Positions 1 through 8,800 of a stretch of 64,000 bases of DNA are shown one piece after another. Under the pieces are notes generated by a model. It was given only the letters and a program-made list of their open reading frames with translations, was not told the DNA's origin and did not search any database. Within the stretch, counting starts at the first letter, position 1, and each line of letters opens with the position of its first letter. The DNA comes from Methylococcales bacterium (GTDB taxonomy: Bacteria; Pseudomonadota; Gammaproteobacteria; JABHGC01), in assembly GCA_018672285.1 (NCBI GenBank), contig JABHGC010000099.1:4734-68733 (forward strand), given 5' to 3'. The position numbers and the translations under genes were made by a program.

Positions 1-63
1 CATGACAGCCAACTTCAACTCATCCCTATATTCGTCGCCATTTTTTCTTTATTCGGCATCACG

Positions 64-1338
64 ATGGCGTTCAAAATGGGTGCGGCATACCGTACAGGCT
101 TATATCAACAACTCAGTGGATACACGGATACAGTCAAAGAACCCACTGAAAAAATCATTATCAACCACCTTAAAAGTGCAGACACCAACCAGCAAACACA
201 AGCGCTCACCTTAATTCGTCAACTAAAAATAACCCCACTACTCTATCAAGTAGGACAATTAGCAGTGAATACTCATTCTGTCATACTACGCCAGCACTGC
301 ATTGAAACGCTTGCCACGTTTCCTAAGGAAGCTGAGAGCCTCATGTACCTGCTAAAAGCACTGCGTTATGAGTCTTCACCTAACGTTATACGAAAGATTA
401 TTCACAGCCTTCGACACACGCCTGAGACCTTAACGCTATCTGAGATAGCCATTTTTTTAAAACACCCAGACCCTGATGTTTTTTTAGAAACCTGTATTTT
501 TCTCATAACGAGAAGCAGCACCAATGACCAGAAAACATCCGTTAAAGCCGCTTTGTTACTACGTATCAAGCATTCAAGCGCTTCCGCTCAATCAACGCTC
601 CTAAAAGCGTTTAAATACTTGCCTTCTCAAGAAGAAACCCTATTGACTTTTGCAGGGTCAAAACACAGCCTTGTTAGAGCAACTGCAATAGAGCTGCTCA
701 TTTCTCTCGACCCTAAATATGCCGATAAATTACAAAACGCTTTATACCAACTTCTCAATGAAACAAACCCTTCCACTCAAAGTATGGCATTAAAATGCTT
801 ACGAGAAGTGCCTCTGATTAATGATTGGCAACACATTATTAGCCACCTGAAAAACCCTAAAACAAAGGTTCAAAAGGCCGCACTCAATGTATTCCGGTCA
901 CATATTAGTACTGGAACAGCAGTACTGTTCCAGTATCTATTAGAAACCTCTAGCCCACCTGCTCTCTACTCACCCATTATCATTTTAATTTACAACAGAA
1001 TCAGCATTGAACAACAACACAAACTACAACAGAAAAGCACCCTCTACTGGGAAAAAATTCTGACGGCATTACAACAAAACCAGACAATTAATGCAGACTG
1101 GATTGGCTTCAACCTCAGTTTGACACTGGTTGAATGCAACAGTGGGCTAGATAATTTTTCTGAATTTTTAACCGGATTATCAAGCATAAAAGACGCGGAC
1201 GTTGGCAATGCCCTAGAAGCGTTATCTCAACTACCTAAACACCCTAAGTCGCAGAGCTTCATCCACTTTTATGAGGAATATATTCTGAGCCAACAATATA
1301 ACGATGGATTACTTTTTCTGCAAAAAAACCAGTGGTAG
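64..1338 (+). CDS. hypothetical alpha-helical repeat (HEAT/ARM-like) protein; reading frame is open to position 1, so the N-terminus may lie upstream of the window
   Basis: 424-aa ORF. Leucine-rich helical repeats throughout. No stop codon between window start and the first ATG, and the upstream in-frame residues are hydrophobic (IPIFVAIFSLFGIT). Confidence 0.5.
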   Translation: MAFKMGAAYRTGLYQQLSGYTDTVKEPTEKIIINHLKSADTNQQTQALTLIRQLKITPLLYQVGQLAVNTHSVILRQHCIETLATFPKEAESLMYLLKALRYESSPNVIRKIIHSLRHTPETLTLSEIAIFLKHPDPDVFLETCIFLITRSSTNDQKTSVKAALLLRIKHSSASAQSTLLKAFKYLPSQEETLLTFAGSKHSLVRATAIELLISLDPKYADKLQNALYQLLNETNPSTQSMALKCLREVPLINDWQHIISHLKNPKTKVQKAALNVFRSHISTGTAVLFQYLLETSSPPALYSPIIILIYNRISIEQQHKLQQKSTLYWEKILTALQQNQTINADWIGFNLSLTLVECNSGLDNFSEFLTGLSSIKDADVGNALEALSQLPKHPKSQSFIHFYEEYILSQQYNDGLLFLQKNQW

Positions 1339-1857
1339 CATTCGGTATAAAGTACCATCACGCCATACAAACTGATGAAATAATGCGGCTGATGCATGCA
1401 TTACAACCAAACCAACTAACAACCAGCCCGCAGCAACATGAGCAGACAATGCAAGACTCGCCAATTGTGCATTCTTTTCAACCACTGCAGGGATGTCAAA
1501 CAAACCAAAAAAGCCGAAATGATAACCGCCTGCAGCAGAATCTAGATAACCACTAATCGGCAAAATAATCATGACCAAGTACAGCATCAGATGTGTTATT
1601 GACGCCAGTGATTCTAGTACAGCAGAATGTGAAGAAAACTTAGGATAGTGATGCGTGCTACGCCAAAATATTCTAGCGAGCAGGAGAATAACAAACAGAA
1701 AACCGAGTGACTTGTGTAAATCATACCATTGCCACTTGGTGCTTCCGTCCTCTAAGGACACCATGTATTGCCCTAGAAAAAACAAGATGACTAAAAGCGC
1801 GACACAAAGCCAGTGGAATATAACAACCACGTGACTATAACGCTGATTAACCCCCAT
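1309..1857 (-). CDS. cytochrome b561 family membrane protein (CybB-like)
   Basis: 182 aa with 4 predicted TM helices. His-containing helices (HWLCVALL..., HVAAGWLLVGLVVMHASAALFHQF) typical of b561/CybB. 11-nt overlap with cheV. Confidence 0.6.
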   Translation of the reverse strand: MGVNQRYSHVVVIFHWLCVALLVILFFLGQYMVSLEDGSTKWQWYDLHKSLGFLFVILLLARIFWRSTHHYPKFSSHSAVLESLASITHLMLYLVMIILPISGYLDSAAGGYHFGFFGLFDIPAVVEKNAQLASLALSAHVAAGWLLVGLVVMHASAALFHQFVWRDGTLYRMLPLVFLQKK

Positions 1858-2791
1858 TAGCTTTTGCAGTTGCTTCCGCTACCACATGAAGCCTTGCCTC
1901 AACCGTTGCAGCGAGATCATTTGCCGCAAACTTAGCAAGAAACTGATCCGCCCCGACACTTTCAATCATAGATTCATTAAAATCGCCACTCATTGAAGTG
2001 TGCAACACAACGTAAAGACCTTTTAATACGGGATGTTCGCGTATTTTTGAGACCAATGAGTAGCCATCCATTTGCGGCATCTCAATATCAGAAATAATCA
2101 TAGCCAACCAATTTGGATCATCAAACTTACCTTCATCAACCCATGCTAACAATTGATTGTAAGCTGCTAAACCATCATTAACGACAGTTGCTTCTACACC
2201 GAGTTGATCAAGCACCGTCTTCACTTGCGTTCTGGCGACAAATGAATCATCTGCAACCAATATATGATGTCCTACTCCAAGACCTGCACCACCTTCTAAG
2301 ATGGCCTGAGAAACGGTTTGGTCAAAACCTTGAATCTCACTTAACACTTTTTCTACATCAACAATTTCGATGAGTTCTTCTCGGTTTTTAATGACCGCAG
2401 TCATATAGGTCACACCCATTGGCGGAGGGAAAACCTCCTCCCAACTGATGTTGATAATTTGCTCTACCGCTTCTACTAAAAAACCTTGAGTTCTCCGATT
2501 ATATTCTGTCAGCACCACAAATTTTTCTTGAATATTATCTGCTGGCGGCTCACCCATGGCATAAGACAAATCAATAATAGGGACTGCATTACCTCGTAAG
2601 TTGGCAATGCCGACGATGGTATGATGCGATTCTGGTAATTGAACCAATTTAGGGCAGTGGATAATTTCCCGAACTTTAAACACATTGATTGCAAACTGTT
2701 GATTACCATGTAGGCGAAACAACAACAACTCAAGCCGGTTATGCCCTGCTAGCTTTGTTCGTTGATCCACACTATCTAAAATACCTGCCAT
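1847..2791 (-). CDS. cheV: chemotaxis protein CheV (CheW-like domain plus C-terminal receiver domain)
   Basis: N-terminal CheW-like segment. C-terminal REC domain with the acid pocket and phospho-acceptor region (HILVADDS ... ISDIEMPQMDG). Confidence 0.8.
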   Translation of the reverse strand: MAGILDSVDQRTKLAGHNRLELLLFRLHGNQQFAINVFKVREIIHCPKLVQLPESHHTIVGIANLRGNAVPIIDLSYAMGEPPADNIQEKFVVLTEYNRRTQGFLVEAVEQIINISWEEVFPPPMGVTYMTAVIKNREELIEIVDVEKVLSEIQGFDQTVSQAILEGGAGLGVGHHILVADDSFVARTQVKTVLDQLGVEATVVNDGLAAYNQLLAWVDEGKFDDPNWLAMIISDIEMPQMDGYSLVSKIREHPVLKGLYVVLHTSMSGDFNESMIESVGADQFLAKFAANDLAATVEARLHVVAEATAKANGG

Positions 2792-2899
2792 ACATTACCC
2801 CTAGCGCACTCATATCAGTGCCAGCACAAATTATTCCTTACAATAAGTGTAGTCAAAAATTATCACTCTGATGCATAATTCAAAAATAAGCAGTCAGCA

Positions 2900-3520
2900 T
2901 CAAGCTTGATTAAGTTGTGCCCAATAATCATGCTCTTCAATAAACTGAAACAAGCGATCTCCTAACATCCGCTTTCGCTCTAACGGACTTCCTCCGCGCA
3001 CTTGCGTAGAGCTGGCGTCATACTCATCATCGAACACATGGTATTGGTCATCAAAAACACACCGGCAAATAGACTCAACATCGACGCCACGCTGCACAAC
3101 CAAGTGATCAAAACCTTTGAAGTATTGTGCAAAATTAAGGGACATACGATCGCCACCAACGAGGATATGGACATAATCTTTCCCCCCAAATGCTTCGCTA
3201 ATCGGCTCAATATTTTCCCTTAAACCATGAAACAACTCGGGGTGACATATAAATATTTTATCTGCTTGAACAGATTCACTCATTAATAACGAGAGCATTT
3301 CCAAACGAATATTTAAGGGTAATAGCTGCCCTGTTTTTCGCCAATTAAATGAGTGAGGAAACACCATGGCATAGTCAACTTTGTGCTTTACAGCGCACTC
3401 CATGACATGTAGATGACCTAAATGAGGTGGATTAAATGAACCGGAAAACACAGCGGTATGCTGGCCTTTGAACAGCTCTAACTGCTCTATACTACTAATA
3501 ATTTGATCGGACGGAATCAC
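2900..3520 (-). CDS. NadD/NMNAT-like nucleotidyltransferase (HxGH motif)
   Basis: Motif FSGSFNPPHLGHL matches the (H/T)xGH signature of nicotinate or nicotinamide mononucleotide adenylyltransferases. Confidence 0.55.
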   Translation of the reverse strand: MIPSDQIISSIEQLELFKGQHTAVFSGSFNPPHLGHLHVMECAVKHKVDYAMVFPHSFNWRKTGQLLPLNIRLEMLSLLMSESVQADKIFICHPELFHGLRENIEPISEAFGGKDYVHILVGGDRMSLNFAQYFKGFDHLVVQRGVDVESICRCVFDDQYHVFDDEYDASSTQVRGGSPLERKRMLGDRLFQFIEEHDYWAQLNQA

Positions 3521-3609
3521 TTCAAAGCCTTTTTAATAAACCCATTACCAAGCATAGTTGGAATCTGAACAAATGTAAGGCTAAATTGATATTAAAATAT
3601 TGGAATACT

Positions 3610-4728
3610 CTACATCCAGTAGCGAAAATAGAGTAGAAACCGCCCTAACCAGTACTTAATACCAGAGCTGGCCAGACGATTTTGTTCAACTTTTTGGCAG
3701 TCGACAAGGTCTTGTTCAAAAGTGGATAATAATTGCGATCTCACTTCCTCCGTCTGTACAACAACATCCACTTCTAAATCATGCAGAAAGCTCCGATGAT
3801 TTAAATTACTCGACCCAAGCGTCACCCAGTCATCAATCATCATCACTTTTTTGTGCATAATCCCTAATTGATACTCAAATATTTTTACCCCAGAACACAG
3901 AAGCAAGTGATAAAAAACAGATGAAACCCAGGGTATGAAAATAATATCCGACTGAGTCGACAACACTATTTTTACATCCACACCGCGCTTAGCAGCTTCC
4001 GATAAAACTTTAAGCAACCGAAAACCAGGCACAAAATAGGCATTTGAAATCCAAATTTTCTTCTCAGCTTGCTCTATCCTCTGAAGCAAGTCTTGATGGC
4101 AGCGCCGCCTACGCACCTTAGAAAAATTAAGCCGAAAAACACCTTTCGGCATGATCTTTGGGTAATGCCAAAATTTACGAGACCATGCTTTTTGAAATGC
4201 TTGCTTCAATGGGGAAAAGCGACAACCCGTCAGTTTCAGCCCTAAATCCTGCCAACCTTCACCGCCCTTTTCTTTTCCAAGGTGAACTTGGCTTACATTG
4301 AAGCTACCAACAAAAGCGACCTCATCATCAATCACACATGTTTTTCGATGATTACGGTGATTTAACTGCTGAATACGGTTTAACAAAGAGTCCTTTCCAT
4401 GCCACTGCCAAAATAGCCAAGGCAAAGGATGAAAGATCCGAACATTAACACCGCCTAGCTGAAGCGTTTCGATGATTTCTCTAGAAAAGGCAGCACTACC
4501 AAAACCATCCATTAGCAACCGTACAGTGACCCCCCGACGAGAAGCATTGATCAATGCTTCAACCACGTCATAACCTACCCCCACGGGTTCAAAAATATAC
4601 ACTTCAAAATCAATACTGATTTGTGCTGCATCCAAACTCGAGATCAACGACTGGTAGTACTCGCCACCTGTCGTCAGCAGTCTCTCAGTATTGCAATTGC
4701 CAGGATAAGACTTTTCGGATAAATGCAT
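3610..4728 (-). CDS. phospholipase D family protein, cardiolipin synthase-like (two HKD motifs)
   Basis: First HKD motif: HRKTCVIDDEVAFVGSFN. Second HKD motif: HKKVMMIDDWVTLGSSNLNHRS. The N-terminus resembles Cls proteins. 44-nt overlap with the upstream nadK-like gene. Confidence 0.75.
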   Translation of the reverse strand: MHLSEKSYPGNCNTERLLTTGGEYYQSLISSLDAAQISIDFEVYIFEPVGVGYDVVEALINASRRGVTVRLLMDGFGSAAFSREIIETLQLGGVNVRIFHPLPWLFWQWHGKDSLLNRIQQLNHRNHRKTCVIDDEVAFVGSFNVSQVHLGKEKGGEGWQDLGLKLTGCRFSPLKQAFQKAWSRKFWHYPKIMPKGVFRLNFSKVRRRRCHQDLLQRIEQAEKKIWISNAYFVPGFRLLKVLSEAAKRGVDVKIVLSTQSDIIFIPWVSSVFYHLLLCSGVKIFEYQLGIMHKKVMMIDDWVTLGSSNLNHRSFLHDLEVDVVVQTEEVRSQLLSTFEQDLVDCQKVEQNRLASSGIKYWLGRFLLYFRYWM

Positions 4729-5446
4729 ATTCGGGTATAAACCCTAAACGAACCGTTTGATTGCTCTTTTTGACTGTAATACTTTTCACCGCATCGTCAG
4801 ATGCTTTTACCCCATCGTAGCAAACGACACCAGGGCGCTTCTCAATTTGTAAAAAATCCACTTTCACTTCAACGTCATCAGGCAATATTAAAGAGCCAAC
4901 AGGTGTTTTATCAATCACACAAGACATTGGAGCCACTTGCAACACCTGTACGCCAGGTGAAATAGCCTTGCCTCGTAACGCCAAATTATAACCCGTAGAA
5001 CCTTGCGGCGTGCTAAATAAGACACCATCACCAACCATCAAGGGCGGCTGCTTCTCATTATCGAACGTTAACTCCATCCGTAAAATTTGACCTGTTAGCC
5101 TTTCCACCCAAATATCATTAAAACCAAAAATTTCAAGCTGGCTTGTCGTTGTCGTTACATTGGCTTGAATTAACCACAAATCTTCGAATACCACCTCACC
5201 CCAGCGCTGATAAAGCTGCTCATGACTTGGCACATCGTTCATTAAGTGCCCTCTTGTCCCAGCATTCACCCCAATGAATGGCTTATCAACGGCCATATAA
5301 GCCTTAATGGCACTCAACATTGAACCATCACCACCAAAAACAACAATCGCCTCTGCATCCTCTGGGGTATCAACAGATTCAAAGAACTCATTAAATCGCG
5401 TTAAATGAATTTTATCCGCGGAATTATCGACTACAAAATAAGCCAA
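4685..5446 (-). CDS. NAD kinase-like (ATP-NAD kinase / DAGK_cat fold)
   Basis: VVFGGDGSMLSAIKA (GGDG motif). GVNAGTRGHLMN (NxGxLGFL-like). DGVLFSTPQGSTGYNLALRGKAI (DGxxxSTxxGSTAY-like motif of NAD kinases). Short at 253 aa. Confidence 0.6.
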   Translation of the reverse strand: MAYFVVDNSADKIHLTRFNEFFESVDTPEDAEAIVVFGGDGSMLSAIKAYMAVDKPFIGVNAGTRGHLMNDVPSHEQLYQRWGEVVFEDLWLIQANVTTTTSQLEIFGFNDIWVERLTGQILRMELTFDNEKQPPLMVGDGVLFSTPQGSTGYNLALRGKAISPGVQVLQVAPMSCVIDKTPVGSLILPDDVEVKVDFLQIEKRPGVVCYDGVKASDDAVKSITVKKSNQTVRLGFIPEYAFIRKVLSWQLQY

Positions 5447-5540
5447 AATACAGCACCTCTACATTATATTCTTATTTACTACGTTAATTTTATTTGGGAA
5501 AAAGATGACATGCGTCAAAAAAAAAGTCTACAATCGAAGT

Positions 5541-5568
5541 AACAATGTAAGAGATAGATTACATTGTT
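5541..5568. promoter_or_regulatory. perfect 10-bp inverted repeat (aacaatgtaa-N8-ttacattgtt); possible operator
   Basis: Seen directly in the intergenic region upstream of the 47-aa ORF and the large acidic-repeat gene. Confidence 0.3.
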
Positions 5569-5595
5569 CACACGTTTGGTTATTGAGGTTTGTTT

Positions 5596-5739
5596 ATGGC
5601 TTTACCCATTGTCTTGTCGATTGTCAGCTTAATTCTCATTTTCATCGCCTGCACTTTTTGTAAAATTGTCCGCAATGGGCCAAAAGCACGCCAGATGTCC
5701 TGCTCAATCAATATACTCAATAAATCAAAAAACACCTAA
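5596..5739 (+). CDS. possible 47-aa single-TM small protein (not in the ORF track because it is under 60 aa)
   Basis: ATG at 5596 preceded by GAGG 8 nt upstream. Translation MALPIVLSIVSLILIFIACTFCKIVRNGPKARQMSCSINILNKSKNT* has a hydrophobic helix followed by a basic tail. Confidence 0.3.
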   Translation: MALPIVLSIVSLILIFIACTFCKIVRNGPKARQMSCSINILNKSKNT

Positions 5740-5847
5740 CCCTCTATCAAACCATCAATCTTTAGAGCTTTACCTGCTCAACCAAGATTCACACCAACAT
5801 CCACAAAACCTGTTTTTTAGACTATAACAATATATATAGAATGATAC

Positions 5848-8800
5848 TTGTTATGGTTAAAAATTGTTATGGGTGACATGCTCGAAATTTCTAGCACCGC
5901 AATCATTGGTGCCGTTGAGTTTGCCGGTGCGATCATTGCACTTAGCCTATTTTTGTATTTTTCTCAGAGAAAAACCAAGAAAAAGCTGCAAGAAACAGAA
6001 GAAAACAGCCAAAAGCAAATCAAATCGCTCAAGAAAAAAGTCGCTAAACCTAGCCAAACCCCAATCAGCTTTTTAAAAGATGAACTGTTAAGAACCAAGC
6101 AACGGTTTTTAAAAATTGGCAAAGCAAGCAAAGTCACCCTCTCCCCCACAGATAAAATCAAACAGCAATGCCTTGCCTTGCGCTACTATTTTTTGAAAAC
6201 CGAAACCAAAATGCTGAGTAGCAAACCAGGTAACGAGAAAAAATATTGGGCACAAATCGAAAAACTTTTATCCTCTATCGCCCAAACGTATTTAAACGCA
6301 ATGGAGGAAGCAAATAGCAGCTCAGAAGAACTCAAAGAACTTCAACAGAAACACGACTTACTTGAAGCGCAAAATAATAACTTACAACGCTATAAAAAAT
6401 TATTTTTTGACCTTCAAAGCCAAGCCCAAACATCTGAAGAAGAAATTGACCACATTCATGGCAAAATTTCGGATCTTATTTCAGATAGCAGCATGAGTGA
6501 TGACCAGCAAGAGCAAGTTGCCAGCTTATTCAACAGCTATCAAGAATCTGTTGGCGAAGTTATTTCAAGCATTACCACCGTTGCAGAAAGCAGCACGGAC
6601 AATGGTGACGAAGATGACCGTACACCAAAAGACACAAAAATTATCGAGCAATTTGGCAAGTTAAAAGACATCGCCATTGAGCAAAAGAACACGATATCAG
6701 CGCTAAGGGACAGAATAAGCGATCTCAAGCAGTCTCTGAACGACGGCCCTCCAACAGATGAAGAGATCGCACTCATGATCACTGAATTGGAGACATTAAA
6801 CGAAGATGTAGCAAGACTTGAGCGCACACTCAATGACTCAGAAATGTGTGTCCAAGTACTAGAGGCTGACAACGACAGCCTACAACAAGATATTTTAGCG
6901 CTTAAAACAGAATGCGAACAGCTCAAAAAACAGCCCATACAAAGCCCCGAACAAATAGAAGCTGAGGCGGCACTTCAGGCTCAAATTACCAATTTAAGCA
7001 GTACAATCACAGAGCAGCAGCAACAAATAGCCAATTTAGAAGACGATGACTCAGACCTATCTCTAGACTTAGATGAAGTTAAAGTTGAAGAGCTAGCAGA
7101 GAAACTTGACGACAAAGAAAGCAGAATTACAGAACTAGAAACATTAGTTGGAGAATTAGAGGAAAAAATTTCTGAGCAGCAATCAGCACTCCATGCGAAA
7201 CCAATTGTGCCTGAAATAGCTACCCAAACGATAGAAAGTGAACTCGAAGAAGAAGATGATGATGACACCGACATCGATGATTTAATTGACCAAGCTCAAG
7301 ACCAACCCGATGAAGACGAAGATGACGACGGCGAAACTGACATCGACGCCTTGCTTGATCAAGCTCAAGCCCAACCCGATGAAAGCGAAGATGATGGCGA
7401 CGAAACCGACATCGATGCTTTACTTGACCAAGCTCAAGCCCAACCCGATCAAAACGAAGATGACGACGGCGATACCGACATCGACGCCTTGCTTGACCAA
7501 GCTCAAGCCCAACCCAATGAAGACGAAGATGATGCCGACGAAACCGACATCGACGCCTTGCTTGACCAAGCTCAACAACATGAAGTAGAGACAGAATCTG
7601 TAGAAGCAGCAGAAGCACTAGAAACCGAACCACCTATAGAACCAGAACCTGAAGCACAAGACGACCCTACGGCAGACAAAATCACAGAGCCAAAAATCGT
7701 TGAAACTGAAGACCCACAAGATGAACCCACTGAGACTGAAGCACCCGCTGAACCTGAGATTGAAGAAGCTGCGGAAGCACTGCAAACCGAACCATCTATA
7801 GAGCCTGAACCAGTAGCGCAAGACGATCCTACGGCGGAAGAAACCACAGAGCCAGTAGAACCTGCTCCAGAAGCCGTTGAAGCTGAAGCACCAGTTGAAC
7901 CTGAGATTGAAGAGGCTGCAGAAGCACTAGAAACTGAACCTTCTATAGAGCCAGAGCCTGTTGCTCAAGACGAACCTATAGCTGCAGAAATCTCAAAACC
8001 AACAGAACCCGCTCCTGAAGCCGTTGAAACTGAAGCCCCACAAGATGAGCCTGCTGAGCCTGAGGTTGAAGAAGTTGCAGAAGCACTAGAAACTGAACCT
8101 TCTACAGAACCAGATCCTGAAGCGCTTGAAGAACCTACAGCGGAAGAAACCACAGAGCCAGAAGCAGTTGAAGCTGAAGTCCCACAGGATGAGCCTGCTG
8201 AGGTTGAAGCGTCAGCTGAACCTGAGGCTGATGAAGCTGCAGAAGCACTAGAAACCAAACCTTCTATAGAGCCAGATTCTGAAATACAAGACGAACCTAT
8301 AGCAGAAGAAATTACTAAACCAGCAGAACCCACTCCAGAAGCCGTTGAAGCTGAAGCACCAGCTGAGCCAGAGATTGAAGAAGCTGCGGAAGCACTAGAA
8401 ACTGAACCTTCTATAGAGCCAGAACCTGAAGCACAAAACAAACCTATAGCAGAAGAAATTACTGAACCAGCAGAAACCACTCCAGAAGCCGCTGAAGCTG
8501 AAGCACCAGTTGAACCTGAGATTGCAGAAGTTGCTGAAGCACTAGAAACTGAACCTTCTATAGAGCCAGAGCCTGAAGTACAAGACGAACCTATAGCTGC
8601 AGAAATCACAGAACCAGCTGAACCCGCTCCTGAAGCCGTTGAAGCTGAAGCACCAACCGAACCTGAGATTGAAGAAACAGCAGAAGCACTAAAAACCGAA
8701 CCTTCTATAGAGCCAGAGCCTGTTGCTCAAGACGAACCTATAGCTGCAGAAATCACAGAACCAGCAGAACCCGCTCCTGAAGCCGTTGAAACTGAAGACC

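Noticed and set aside
2-214. 70-aa ORF at the window start in a different frame from the 64-1338 gene
   Set aside because: It overlaps the longer, more plausible ORF, which itself stays open to the window edge.
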